A stretch of 62,912 nucleotides of DNA, filler included, from an uncultured Ignavibacteriales bacterium (GCA_964611355.1; 3 parts of 3 records of this genome joined end to end with filler, not necessarily neighbours in it); one strand, 5' to 3'. Positions 19,901-30,999 are shown, counted from the whole stretch's first letter. Translations and numbers: made by a program. Notes: generated by a model not told the origin, from the sequence alone.

Positions 19901-20829
19901 AGTTACGAATATACAAATCGGCGGAGGAATACGCGAAAAAGGCAGGTAGCGGCTGCGTAGCTACTCTGGGGACCTTCGACGGCGTTCACAGGGGACATGC
20001 GTCGATTCTTGAGAATCTGATCGGGAAATCACGGTCACTTAATCTGCCGCCGGTTTTAATCACTTTTGATCCCCATCCTCGCGTATTGGTTACGCCCGAT
20101 GATCCGCCTTTACTTATAACCACTCCCGAAGAAAAGATCGAAATACTTGGTCAACGATTCGAAGGCTCGCTGGTCTTTCTAAAGTTCGATGATTCCCTGC
20201 GACAGATGACAGCCGAGCAATTCGCGCGGCAGGTACTCGTTGATAGATTTGGTATTAAGGCGCTTGTGGTCGGGTATAATCATTGTTTTGGTCACGGGCG
20301 ATCGGGAAATATCGATCAGCTTGCCCAAATCGGCTCTCGCGAAGGATTCGATCTGGAAGTGGTCAGCCCGGTAACCTATAAGGATATGCCGATATCCTCC
20401 AGTCGTATCAGGCGCGCCATAAGAGGGGGAGAGTTGGTTGACGCCCGGCGCATGCTTGGGCACCCGTATTCGATTCACGGGACTATAATCAGAGGGTTCG
20501 GACACGGTAAAAAGATGGGCTGGCCGACGATTAATTTGAAATGGTCGGAGAGAAAGATTTTGCCGATTGAAGGCGTCTATTCCTGTTCGGTATCGATTAA
20601 CGGTTCCATCTTCAGGGGCATGATGTTTGTCGGTACCAGCATGTTTAATCTGCCAGGGCACATTTCGGTCGAGGTTAACCTGTTTGATTTCGGACTGGAT
20701 GTGCGCGGCAAAGAAGTTACCATTCACCCGGACCATTATATACGGCCCAATATCCGTTTTGATTCGCCCGATGAGCTATCCCGGCAGATAGCTGAAGACA
20801 AGAAAAAAGTTTTGAAACTTATAGATTAA
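19897..20829 (+). CDS. ribF: Bifunctional riboflavin kinase / FAD synthetase (start upstream of the ORF-track start, probably CTG)
   Basis: In frame upstream of 20086 are ATLGTFDGVHRGH and ITFDPHP; downstream are VVGYNHCFG, ISSSRIR and GWPTIN. Confidence 0.93.
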   Translation: MKLRIYKSAEEYAKKAGSGCVATLGTFDGVHRGHASILENLIGKSRSLNLPPVLITFDPHPRVLVTPDDPPLLITTPEEKIEILGQRFEGSLVFLKFDDSLRQMTAEQFARQVLVDRFGIKALVVGYNHCFGHGRSGNIDQLAQIGSREGFDLEVVSPVTYKDMPISSSRIRRAIRGGELVDARRMLGHPYSIHGTIIRGFGHGKKMGWPTINLKWSERKILPIEGVYSCSVSINGSIFRGMMFVGTSMFNLPGHISVEVNLFDFGLDVRGKEVTIHPDHYIRPNIRFDSPDELSRQIAEDKKKVLKLID

Positions 20830-20845
20830 CTGAGGAGAAACGAAA

Positions 20846-21115
20846 GTGCCTACCAGCAAAGAGAAGAAAATGGAAACCATTCAACAATACAGGTTGCATG
20901 AGACCGATACCGGTTCGCCGGAAGTACAGGTTGCTTTGCTGACCGAAAGGATCAACCACCTGACGGAGCATCTAAAGGTTCACAAAAAGGATAATCATTC
21001 ACGGCGCGGGCTTCTGAAAATGGTTGGCAAGCGGCGCCGTCTGCTTGATTACCTGACGAGAACCGATATCGACAGCTACCGCCAATTGATTGCGGAACTT
21101 GGTTTAAGACGCTAA
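20846..21115 (+). CDS. rpsO: 30S ribosomal protein S15
   Basis: Motifs [13 protein letters not shown] and [16 protein letters not shown]. Confidence 0.99.
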   Translation: MPTSKEKKMETIQQYRLHETDTGSPEVQVALLTERINHLTEHLKVHKKDNHSRRGLLKMVGKRRRLLDYLTRTDIDSYRQLIAELGLRR

Positions 21116-21127
21116 GAAAGGTAAATA

Positions 21128-23287
21128 ATGAATTATTCTGTGGATTTGGAGATCGGCGGGAGAGACCTGACGATAGAAACCGGCAAAGTCGCCAAGCAGG
21201 CTGATGGCGCGGTTACCGTTCGCTATGGCGATACCATGATTCTGGCCACCGTTTGCGCGAGCCGGGAACCGGTTGAAGGACGCGATTTTTTACCCTTATC
21301 AGTCGAATACCGTGAGAAATCGTATGCCGCCGGAAAAATTCCCGGCGGTTTCTTTAAACGTGAGGGAAGACCATCCGAAAAGGAGGTTTTGACCTGTAGG
21401 ATAATCGATCGTCCCATCCGGCCGATGTTTCCGGAAGGGTATCGTAACGATATTCAGGTTATAATTTTTGTTCTGTCGCATGACAAGGAAAATGACCCCG
21501 ATTTTTTAAGTCTGATCGGAACGGCCGCCGCGCTGGCCATATCAGACATTCCTTTCGATTCTATCCTTGCCGGTGTGCGCGTCGGTCGCATCGACGGCGA
21601 ACTGGTAATAAACCCAACCATTAGCCGGATGGAAGAATCGGAAATAAACATCATGGTAGCGGGTACCGCCGACTCAATTACTATGGTCGAGGGGGGAGCC
21701 TTTGAGGTTTCCGAAAGTGATTTGGTCGAGGCTATGCAGTTCGGCCACGAATATGTCAGGAAAATCGTGGCCAAAATCGACGAGCTGAAGGAGAAATGCG
21801 GCAAAGAGAAAAGGAAATTCACACCGCCAGAGAAAAACAAGGAGTTGATTGCCAAGATAGATGAACTGCTTGGCGACCGCCTGAAGGAGATGAATAATAT
21901 CGCCGCCAAGGATGAACGCAGCGACGCCAAATATGCTCTCACCGACGAAATCCGTAAAGCCCTGGAGGAAGAATATCCGGACGATATGAAGGCCGTCAAA
22001 GAACATATTCATGAGGGCGATTACGCCGAAATGCGCCGCAAGATTGTTGAAGACAGCCGCCGCCTTGACGGCCGGCCTTTCGATGAAGTCCGTCCAATCA
22101 CCGGCGAGATATCGGTTCTGCCGCGCACTCACGGATCGGCTCTTTTCACTCGCGGTCAGACGCAGGCGCTGGCGACGGTTACCCTGGGGACAAAAATAGA
22201 CGAGCAGCGCCTTGACGAACTGGAGGGCGATTCAACCAAATCGTACATGCTGCACTACAATTTCCCCCCATTCTCGGTCGGTGAGGTGCGTCCAATCCGA
22301 GGCGTCGGCCGCCGTGAAGTCGGGCACGGCGCTCTGGCCGAACGGGCTCTTAACCCCGTCATTCCGATGGGCGATATTTTTCCGTATACTATCCGAATCG
22401 TTTCCGATATCCTGGAATCCAACGGTTCTTCGTCAATGGCCTCGGTCTGCGGCGGCTCGCTGGCGATGATGGACGCCGGCATTCCCATTAAGGCGCCGGT
22501 GGCCGGTATTGCTATGGGTTTGATCAAAGAGGAAGATAAAACTATTGTCCTGACCGACATCCTCGGAGACGAGGATCATTTTGGCGATATGGATTTTAAG
22601 GTAACCGGCACGGCCGAAGGCGTTACCGCGATTCAGATGGATATCAAGATTAAAGGCGTTGACCTTGAGATCATGCGAATGGCTCTGGAGAAAGCCAGAA
22701 CCGCGAGGATGCATATTCTTTCAGAAATGGCCAGAGTGATCGACAAACCTCGCAGCGACCTTTCACAGTATGCGCCGCGCATCATCACTATAAAGATAAA
22801 TCCGGAAAAGATTGGTGATGTGATCGGCCCCGGCGGCAAGATTATACGCGCTATTGTTGAAGAAACAGGCGCCAAGATCGACATTGAAGATGACGGAACG
22901 GTTCTTATCGCCTCAGTCGAGGCGGAGGCTGGAGAAGCCGCCCGCGAGCGGGTTCTTGCCATTGTCGAGGAGCCGGAAATCGGCAAGGATTATGTCGGTA
23001 CCGTGAGACGCGTTACCGATTTCGGCGCCTTCGTAGAAATTCTTCCCGGCACAGACGGGTTGGTTCATATCTCCGAGCTGGCCCATGAACGGGTCAATCG
23101 GGTTGAAGATGTCCTCCGTGTGGGCGATACCGTTAATGTCAAATGTATCAATATTGACCATGAAGGGAAAGTGCGTCTTTCGCGCAAGGCGCTGCTGCCC
23201 GGAACGAGTCAGCGTACGCCGGACCGTACGGGTCATTTGTCACGCAGCGGATCGAGCCGCTCCAACGATCGCAGGACGAGGCATTAG
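21128..23287 (+). CDS. pnp: Polyribonucleotide nucleotidyltransferase (PNPase)
   Basis: Motifs GKIPGGFFKREG, ESNGSSSMASVC and EDHFGDMDFKV; KH and S1 domains. Confidence 0.99.
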   Translation: MNYSVDLEIGGRDLTIETGKVAKQADGAVTVRYGDTMILATVCASREPVEGRDFLPLSVEYREKSYAAGKIPGGFFKREGRPSEKEVLTCRIIDRPIRPMFPEGYRNDIQVIIFVLSHDKENDPDFLSLIGTAAALAISDIPFDSILAGVRVGRIDGELVINPTISRMEESEINIMVAGTADSITMVEGGAFEVSESDLVEAMQFGHEYVRKIVAKIDELKEKCGKEKRKFTPPEKNKELIAKIDELLGDRLKEMNNIAAKDERSDAKYALTDEIRKALEEEYPDDMKAVKEHIHEGDYAEMRRKIVEDSRRLDGRPFDEVRPITGEISVLPRTHGSALFTRGQTQALATVTLGTKIDEQRLDELEGDSTKSYMLHYNFPPFSVGEVRPIRGVGRREVGHGALAERALNPVIPMGDIFPYTIRIVSDILESNGSSSMASVCGGSLAMMDAGIPIKAPVAGIAMGLIKEEDKTIVLTDILGDEDHFGDMDFKVTGTAEGVTAIQMDIKIKGVDLEIMRMALEKARTARMHILSEMARVIDKPRSDLSQYAPRIITIKINPEKIGDVIGPGGKIIRAIVEETGAKIDIEDDGTVLIASVEAEAGEAARERVLAIVEEPEIGKDYVGTVRRVTDFGAFVEILPGTDGLVHISELAHERVNRVEDVLRVGDTVNVKCINIDHEGKVRLSRKALLPGTSQRTPDRTGHLSRSGSSRSNDRRTRH

Positions 23288-23290
23288 TCT

Positions 23291-24559
23291 TTGAAAAGCG
23301 GTTTTTCAAAGACGATTCTGGATAACGGGATAAGAATAGTATCGGAGCATATTCCCTCGGTCCGTTCCGTTTCCATCGGTATTTGGGTACGTGTCGGCTC
23401 CCGCGATGAAACGGCCGATCTGAACGGTATCTCGCACTTCATCGAGCATATGCATTTCAAGCGGACCAAGAAACGAACCGCTTTTCAGATCGCCCTGTCG
23501 CTGGAGGCCCTGGGCGGCAGTATTAATGCTTTTACCTCGCGGGAAACGACCTGTTATTACGCGCGCGTACTCCACCAGCACCTGCCGCAGGCTATGGATA
23601 TTCTGGGAGATATCCTGAATAACTCGACCTTTGCGCCCGCCGATATAAAGAAGGAAAAACTGGTTATTGCCGAAGAAATTAAAGACGTTGCCGACAACCC
23701 CAGCGAATACATCCATGATCTTTTCATGAGTCAGGTATGGAAAAGTTATGCCCTGGGGCAGCCGATCATGGGCAAATCCGAAAACGTAAAGGTGCTGACC
23801 CGCACCGGGGTGCTCAGGTATATCAAAGACCACTATTGTAGTCCGAATGTTGTCATAGCCGCAGCCGGTTACGTTTCGCATCGGCAATTTGTGGAACTGG
23901 CAAAAAAATATTTTGCATGGCCGGCAACCGGCAGCGAGAAGAACGATCCTACTCCGGAGCATAACGGTTTCTCCACCAGGGCGTATAGAAATGCGACCAA
24001 GCAGACGCAGGTCTGTCTTGGTTTTCCCAGTATTAGCTTTTCCGATAAAGACCGTTTTCCGCTTCTGGTTGCCAATACCTTTCTGTCGGGTGGGATGTCG
24101 TCCCGCCTGTTTCAAACGGTTCGGGAAAAAGCAGGGTACTGTTATAGTATATACAGTTTTCAGGAGTTCTTCCGGGATACCGGCCTGTTCAGCGTTTATT
24201 TCGCCGCCGACCGAAATTACGTTGCGAAGGCAACCAACCTGATTCTAAAGGAGTTGCGCCGCCTTAAAAATAGTCTGTTGAGCAGTGCAGAACTGGCAAA
24301 GATCAAAGAACAATTAAAAGGCAGCCTGATGCTGGCCCAGGAATCGACCTACAACCGGATGAACCGGATCGCACGCCAGGAACTGATGCTGGGCAGATAT
24401 GTGGGTCTTGACAAAACCTGCCGTCTTATTGATGATGTCGAGGCGCGCCATGTACGAAACGTCGCCGACCGAATACTTGACGTCAACAATCTGACTTTCA
24501 CTACCCTGGGACCGACCCGCAAAAAGGAATTTGAAGATATCGACTGGTCGGCCCTGTGA
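23291..24559 (+). CDS. M16B family zinc peptidase
   Basis: HFIEH (HxxEH), NAFTSRE and GMSSRLFQTVREK; usual position after pnp. Confidence 0.92.
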   Translation: MKSGFSKTILDNGIRIVSEHIPSVRSVSIGIWVRVGSRDETADLNGISHFIEHMHFKRTKKRTAFQIALSLEALGGSINAFTSRETTCYYARVLHQHLPQAMDILGDILNNSTFAPADIKKEKLVIAEEIKDVADNPSEYIHDLFMSQVWKSYALGQPIMGKSENVKVLTRTGVLRYIKDHYCSPNVVIAAAGYVSHRQFVELAKKYFAWPATGSEKNDPTPEHNGFSTRAYRNATKQTQVCLGFPSISFSDKDRFPLLVANTFLSGGMSSRLFQTVREKAGYCYSIYSFQEFFRDTGLFSVYFAADRNYVAKATNLILKELRRLKNSLLSSAELAKIKEQLKGSLMLAQESTYNRMNRIARQELMLGRYVGLDKTCRLIDDVEARHVRNVADRILDVNNLTFTTLGPTRKKEFEDIDWSAL

Positions 24560-24565
24560 TCGGCG

Positions 24566-25342
24566 ATGTTTGAGCATTCCGCCATACTGGCCTTTCACCA
24601 GACTTCCGACAGGTTCTATCCCGGTATAAACAATATCAGGCCCGCCGATTTCTTTTCGATAGTCAATCTGCTTGAAAGAGGGGGGATTGACTTTTATGGG
24701 GGCGAGGGTGGGAGTTTAGACGCATCCAACGGCAAACCTCAAATCGTATTCTCCTTCGACGACGGCTACGAGGATAATTTTGACATTCTTGTTGGGTTGA
24801 GAGACAGGAACATAACTCCAATCGTCTTCATTCCGACCGACTATATCGGCAAACGCAACAGTTGGGACTATTCGTCCCGCTTTTTCCCGGCCCGTCATCT
24901 GGACGCGGACCGGATTCGCCGCCTTGCCGAATACGGCGTTATCATCGGCTCACACGGGGCCGGTCATCGCTGCCTGACAGGTATGGCGACGGACAGTCTC
25001 AGGGAAGAGCTTTCCCGCTCCAGAAAACAGCTGGAAGATATAACAGGTTTTCGGGTTAACCTTATCAGTTTTCCATTCGGACGCACCAACAATCGGGTAA
25101 ATAGACTGGCTCAGGAATACGGATATGAGTATGGCTTTATCCTGGGAGCCGTTCGCGCCTCCACTGGCCGAAAGCAATTTCTTCTTCCCCGGTCGGCTAT
25201 ATACGGTATAGACGATTATTTTTCTCTTAAAGCCAAGCTGTCGCTTAAGCCCACCGCGGCGGGCCGGTTTGAACGGCTTAAAAACAATGTGATCAATGAT
25301 CTTGCCGGCGGGACAATTATTATCTCGCCGCGGCTTAAATAA
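24566..25342 (+). CDS. Polysaccharide deacetylase (NodB/CE4) family protein
   Basis: Motifs SFDDGY, IGSHGAGH and SFPFG. Confidence 0.85.
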   Translation: MFEHSAILAFHQTSDRFYPGINNIRPADFFSIVNLLERGGIDFYGGEGGSLDASNGKPQIVFSFDDGYEDNFDILVGLRDRNITPIVFIPTDYIGKRNSWDYSSRFFPARHLDADRIRRLAEYGVIIGSHGAGHRCLTGMATDSLREELSRSRKQLEDITGFRVNLISFPFGRTNNRVNRLAQEYGYEYGFILGAVRASTGRKQFLLPRSAIYGIDDYFSLKAKLSLKPTAAGRFERLKNNVINDLAGGTIIISPRLK

Positions 25343-25427
25343 ATTACATCGTTTCCGAAAACTATTGATATAGCCGCTCTATTTGCATATTATTTTGGCT
25401 TGGCAATTCACGCGGGAGCAAAGCGAG

Positions 25428-26723
25428 ATGACCGATACGACCATTGACAGATTAAGTAAATTTATTGGCCAAAAAGTCCGCCTGTCGGGCTGGCTTTACA
25501 ATAAGCGCTCCAGCGGAAAGATCAAATTCCTGCTCTTCCGCGACGGCACCGGCCTGGTCCAGGCGGTAATGGTAAAAAGCGAACTGCCTGAGCGGATGTT
25601 CGAGTTATTCGATCAACTGACGCAGGAAAGTTCGTTAATCATTTCCGGAACCGTCAGGGAGGAACCTCGCGCGCCGGGCGGTTTTGAGATCGGCTTGACC
25701 GGTCTTGAAATTGTGCAGATCGCCGAACCGTACCCGATCACCAAAAAGGAGCACGGCGTCGAGTTCCTGCATAATAATCGTCATCTCTGGTTACGTTCGT
25801 CGCGGCAATATGCCATCATGCACATTCGCGACGAGGTAATCTGGGCTATCCGTGAATTTTTCCATAACCGGGGTTTTGTCCTTATCGATTCGCCCATTTT
25901 GACCTCCGCCATCGGTGAGGAATCGGCGACCTTGTTTGAAACCGAGTATTTCAAGTTGGGTAAAGCATATTTGGCTCAGACGGGACAACTATATATAGAA
26001 GCGGCCTGCATGTCGCTACGCAACGTCTTTTGTTTCGGGCCCACTTTCCGGGCCGAAAAATCGCTGACCCGCCGCCACCTGACCGAGTTCTGGATGGTGG
26101 AAGGGGAGATGGCTTACTGCGATCATGATTGCAGCCTGAAGATTCAAGAAGATATGGTTTCGTACATCGCACAATCGGTCTTGAAGAGATGCCAGCCTCA
26201 TCTGGAAAAGCTGGAACGCGATCTTTCAAAATTGGAGAAAATTACGCCGCCGTTTCCCCGTGTTGATTATGGCGAGGCCATAAAAATCTTGCAGGAGAAA
26301 GGTTCCGAGATAAAACGTGGCGATGATCTGGGCGCTGAAGACGAATCGATTCTGTCCGACATGCACGAAAAGCCGATTTTTATTATAAATTATCCGAAAT
26401 ATGCCAAAGCTTTCTATATGAAAGAAAACCCCGACGATCCTGAAACCGTCCTGTGCGCCGACCTTCTGGCTCCCGAAGGATACGGTGAGATTATCGGGGG
26501 TTCGCAGAGAGAAGACGACCATGACAAGCTTCTGGCTCGAATCAGGGAGGAAAATCTGCCGGAGGAGGCTTACGCCTGGTACCTCGATTTGAGAAAGTAC
26601 GGGTCCGTGCCTCATTCCGGCTTCGGTCTTGGCATCGAACGCACGGTTACCTGGATGTGTGGTATTCACCATATCCGGGAAGCGATTCCGTTTCCAAGAC
26701 TGATAACAAGATTATATCCCTGA
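25428..26723 (+). CDS. asnS: Asparagine--tRNA ligase
   Basis: Motifs RHLWLRS, YLAQTGQLY, FRAEKS.TRRHLTEFWM, EIIGGSQRE and PHSGFGLGIER. Confidence 0.95.
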   Translation: MTDTTIDRLSKFIGQKVRLSGWLYNKRSSGKIKFLLFRDGTGLVQAVMVKSELPERMFELFDQLTQESSLIISGTVREEPRAPGGFEIGLTGLEIVQIAEPYPITKKEHGVEFLHNNRHLWLRSSRQYAIMHIRDEVIWAIREFFHNRGFVLIDSPILTSAIGEESATLFETEYFKLGKAYLAQTGQLYIEAACMSLRNVFCFGPTFRAEKSLTRRHLTEFWMVEGEMAYCDHDCSLKIQEDMVSYIAQSVLKRCQPHLEKLERDLSKLEKITPPFPRVDYGEAIKILQEKGSEIKRGDDLGAEDESILSDMHEKPIFIINYPKYAKAFYMKENPDDPETVLCADLLAPEGYGEIIGGSQREDDHDKLLARIREENLPEEAYAWYLDLRKYGSVPHSGFGLGIERTVTWMCGIHHIREAIPFPRLITRLYP

Positions 26724-26736
26724 TTGGAGGCAAGAA

Positions 26737-29378
26737 ATGTCGGAAAAAGACAAGGTCGAAAAAGCCGTTTACGACTTTAATAACATAGAAGAAAAATGGC
26801 GCAGTAAGTGGGAAGAGACTCATCTCTTTACCGCGCCCGATGATCCGCGAAAGAAATTTTACCTGCTGGTGATGTTCGCTTATCCGTCCGGCGATGTCCA
26901 CATGGGGCACTTCCGTAACTATACAATCGGCGATGCGGTGGCCCGTTACCGGATGATGAATGGGTATAGCATTCTGCATCCGTACGGCTGGGACGCTTTC
27001 GGCCTGCCGGCCGAAAATGCCGCCATTCGCCGTGGCAAACATCCGCGCGAGTGGACGCTGCATAATATCGAGATATCAAGAAATACGTTGAAGAAGATCG
27101 GTATCTCGTTTGACTGGAGCCGCGAAATATCCTCGTGCGATCCGGAGTATTATCGCTGGTCACAGTGGATTTTCCTGCAGATGTTTGACCGCGGGCTGGC
27201 CTACCGCCGGAAGGCAAAAGTCAACTGGTGCCCGACCTGCAACACGGTACTGGCCAACGAACAGGTCATAGGCGGCCTGTGCGAACGGGATGACACGCCC
27301 GTGGAAACCAGGGAACTGGAACAGTGGTTCCTAAAGATTACCGACTATGCCGATCGCCTGATCGATTCGTTGGACGATTTACCCGGATGGTCTGATTCAA
27401 TCAAGGCCACTCAGCGGGAATGGATCGGCCGCAGCGAAGGTTGTGAAATCGATTTTATTATTAAGGAAACCGGTGAAAAGCTGCCGATATTTACCACCCG
27501 GCCCGATACCGTTTACGGCGTGACTTATATGGCGGTTGCTCCCGAGGCTGAAGTACTAAAAAGACTGAGTATTCCACCGAAATATCGCGACGTGGTGGAT
27601 GAATATATTAAAAAATCTACCGGAAAAACCGAGGTTGAACGCGCCGCGGCCGAAGAAAAAGACGGCGTCTTTACCGGGTGTTATATAATAAACCCGTTTA
27701 ACGGCGAAAAAGTCCAGCTATGGGTGGCTGATTATGTCCTGGCCGGCTACGGCACCGGCGTGGTCATGGCGGTTCCTGCGCACGACCAGCGAGATTTCGA
27801 ATTTGCCCGGAAATACGATATTCCTGTCAAGGTTGTGATTAAAACTACCGACGGGGTGGAGTTAAAGCCGGACGATATGACCGAAGCTTGGGTCGAATAC
27901 GGTGAAATGGTCAATTCCAGTCATTTCGACGGTACGCCCGGAGATAAGGCGGTTGCCAAGGTAACGGAATACGCCGAGCAAAAGGGATTTGGTCGGTCAA
28001 AAATAAATTATCGTCTGCACGACTGGCTGATTTCGCGACAAAGATACTGGGGCACGCCGATTCCGATCATTCATTGTCCCAAGTGCGGGCCGGTGCGAGT
28101 GCCGGATAAGGATTTACCCATCCTTTTGCCTGAAATGGAGAATTGTTTACCTAAGGGCCGCTCGCCTCTGGCCGATGTACCGGAATTTGTAAATACTTCG
28201 TGTCCCAAATGCGGGGGAGAGGCTAAACGTGATCCGGATACGATGGATACCTTTATCTGCTCGTCATGGTATTTCCTGCGGTATCTGGATCCGAAAAACA
28301 GCAAGGAACCGTTCAGCCGGAAATCGGCCGAGACCTGGCTGCCGGTTGACCTGTATATCGGCGGAGCCGAGCATGCCGTCGGGCATCTTATCTATTTCCG
28401 GTTCTTTACCAAATTCTTGAAAGATATCGGCCTGCTGGATATTGATGAACCGGCCATAAATCTTTTCAATCACGGCATGGTCAATGACGAACATGGCCAA
28501 AAAATGTCGAAAACCAGGGGAAATGTGGTCAGCCCCATCGGATTAGTTGAGGAATACGGCGGCGATATTACTCGAATGGCGATGTTTTTCAAAGGCCCGC
28601 CGAACGTGGAAATCGACTGGTCCAGCGACCTGATTGCCAACATTTCCAAATTCGTATCGAACCGCTTTTTCCCATTGATTAATCATTTCAAAGGCGATTC
28701 GGTTAACTTAAAGTATTACTTTAAGAAAGAAGAGTTGACGCCGGATGAGTTCCGAACCTATGTCAGGTTAAACCAGACTATTAAATCAGGAACTAAGGAT
28801 ATAGAAAAAATGCAGTTTCATACGTTGATTGCGGCGATTATGAAGTTCATGAATGAGTTCAAGCCTGAGGCTCTAAGTCAGAAACTAGTTGATTACTGTA
28901 TCCTGAAGTTGATTCAGCTTTTTTCGCCNNNNNNNNNNNNNNNNNNNNNNNNNNNNNNNNNNNNNNNNNNNNNNNNNNNNNNNNNNNNNNNNNNNNNNNN
29001 NNNNNNNNNNNNNNNNNNNNNNNNNNNNTAAGTCAGAAACTAGTTGATTACTGTATCCTGAAGTTGATTCAGCTTTTTTCGCCGGTGGCGCCGCATATGG
29101 CCGAAGAAATGTGGGCGATGGCCGGTCAGCCGTATTCGATATTCAATTCAGAGTGGCCTGAATATGACGCTAATTCAATAGTCGCCGATACGATCACTCT
29201 TGCCGTTCAGGTCAACGGGAAACTTCGGGGCCAGGTCGAGGTGCCTGCCGATGCCGACGAAACCACTATTATTGCCGAAGCAAAAACAGTTGAAAGAGTG
29301 CGGAATTATATTCAGCGCAGGGAAATAGTCAGGGAGATATACGTCAATGGCCGCCTTGTCAACCTGGTAGTTAAATAG
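26737..29378 (+). CDS. leuS: Leucine--tRNA ligase (one gene split only by an assembly gap)
   Basis: HMGH, WLISRQRYWG and KMSKT before the gap; PVAPHMAEEMW and QVNGKLRG after it. The 55 bp on either side of the gap are identical. Confidence 0.95.
28929..29028. other. Spurious 100-N scaffold gap with a 55-bp duplicated overlap
   Basis: 28874-28928 is identical to 29029-29083. Confidence 0.95.
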
Positions 29379-29447
29379 CAAATTAAATAAATGATATATG
29401 GGAAAACGCCGGTAGGGGATGTGGCGGGGTTTTAAAAAAGATACGAT

Positions 29448-29475
29448 AGTGGACATAATATATCTTATGGGACGT
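29448..29475 (-). other. dif-like XerC/XerD recombination site (11-6-11)
   Basis: The minus strand reads ACGTCCCATAA-GATATA-TTATGTCCACT, matching the architecture of E. coli dif GGTGCGCATAA-TGTATA-TTATGTTAAAT. It is intergenic between convergent genes. Confidence 0.7.
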
Positions 29476-29542
29476 ATACTTTCATTTTAATATAAATCAA
29501 AAAGTTCGATTTCACTCCCCCTTCCAATTACATTGGGCCTAA

Positions 29543-30898
29543 TTATTTCAGTAGAATTGATTTAACGACTCTTGTTTGATCTTGAGTAGAAGCCTTTATG
29601 AAATAAATCCCGGTTGGGAATTCGCCGGGTTCCCAGACAATTTTTATCTCATAAAGGCTGTTAACAGTCCCATTGAATATCCTGTCAATTTTCTGACCCA
29701 GCAGATTATAGACGTCAACGGTCAATATATCTCCGGGCGAGGCTTGGATAGTTATTGTCTGACTGCTGTTGAAAGGGTTGGGGTAAGGGTTGCCAATACG
29801 CAATTTTTCAGGTACGGGTATATCTTCCCCGTTTTCAGCGTCAGTAACCAGTTCAACATTATATAGAGTCACTGTATTGTCATTTATAACAACCAGATAG
29901 GGTATATTATCATTAAACGGATAATCCCAATAAATTTCCCCCTCGAAATTAAAATCTACAGATTGCAGAATCGTGTGGTTTGTACCATCAATTTGATGAA
30001 GTTTGCTATCGCTACAAGCAAAGTAGCTTCCAGGATAATCGGGATGATAGACGTAATAGGCATGTTCGATATAATCTCCTGACCAATCTAATTCGATGGT
30101 GTGGGGCGGAGTAAATTTGTAAACGCGCAATTCCCGACCATAGTCAACCGGTGGACCGTCATACCCGGCCGGATTGCAGTTGAAATTCCAACTGATATCA
30201 ACAAGTATTTCCAATTCCGTATCAACGGGATTTAGCTGACCTCCGCATAGGAACTTTATTTCATATACAAGGGCTCGCTCCTGACAACAATTGGGTAAGG
30301 GCTCGCTTATAGGAGCCATAAACCCATCAACTCCAAAGAGAGTCAAATGATTCAGGGAATAAGAACAATCAGGACCATGACCAACATAGCTGTAATAACT
30401 TAGAGCGTTTAGAATTAGTGCATAATTCCCCTGACACGCCATTAAATAAGGATTAGTCTTTGGCCCCCCAATGTTATACAATAATGAATCGGGATAATTA
30501 CCAAATAAGTAAGATTGACCGATTAATAAATTCGTGGTATTTGTCATCATGTCGACTATTGTTAGATCATAACTATATCCCAAGATAAACTCTTTCCATC
30601 CGTCACCATTGATGTCAACAGCATCAAATAGTGACAGTCCATAATGATTACTTCTATAGCTGTCTATAAGTTGAGGCAACGATACTTCATAATCGACGGC
30701 AGGATAGAAATACCGGGCTGGAGCATAATCATGAGAACCATCATATAAATCAACTGCCACTGCACTGTCGGTGTAGTCATTTACAGGAAAGTAATATCCA
30801 ATTAAAATGTCGACCAACGAATCGTGATTAGCATCGGCCAGTTCAATCCTATGCGCACATGAATCATCCAAACTTATTGAGAATAATATTGAATCTTC
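29543..30898 (-). CDS. Secreted protein with FG-GAP-like Ca motifs and a T9SS type-A-like C-terminal sorting domain (5' truncated, AT-rich)
   Basis: DANHDSLVD and DINGDGWKEF; C-terminal NPYPNPFNS...VYNLLGQKI...TGIYFI...KSILLK; frame is open to the contig end. Confidence 0.8.
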   Translation of the reverse strand, partial: EDSILFSISLDDSCAHRIELADANHDSLVDILIGYYFPVNDYTDSAVAVDLYDGSHDYAPARYFYPAVDYEVSLPQLIDSYRSNHYGLSLFDAVDINGDGWKEFILGYSYDLTIVDMMTNTTNLLIGQSYLFGNYPDSLLYNIGGPKTNPYLMACQGNYALILNALSYYSYVGHGPDCSYSLNHLTLFGVDGFMAPISEPLPNCCQERALVYEIKFLCGGQLNPVDTELEILVDISWNFNCNPAGYDGPPVDYGRELRVYKFTPPHTIELDWSGDYIEHAYYVYHPDYPGSYFACSDSKLHQIDGTNHTILQSVDFNFEGEIYWDYPFNDNIPYLVVINDNTVTLYNVELVTDAENGEDIPVPEKLRIGNPYPNPFNSSQTITIQASPGDILTVDVYNLLGQKIDRIFNGTVNSLYEIKIVWEPGEFPTGIYFIKASTQDQTRVVKSILLK

Positions 30899-30899
30899 T

Positions 30900-30999
30900 N
30901 NNNNNNNNNNNNNNNNNNNNNNNNNNNNNNNNNNNNNNNNNNNTTAATTAATTAANNNNNNNNNNNNNNNNNNNNNNNNNNNNNNNNNNNNNNNNNNNN
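30900..30999. other. Artificial contig-joining linker
   Basis: 44 N + TTAATTAATTAA + 44 N. Confidence 0.97.

Noticed and set aside
26737..29378. leuS as a split gene or pseudogene
   Set aside because: The break is an assembly gap with a perfect 55-bp overlap.
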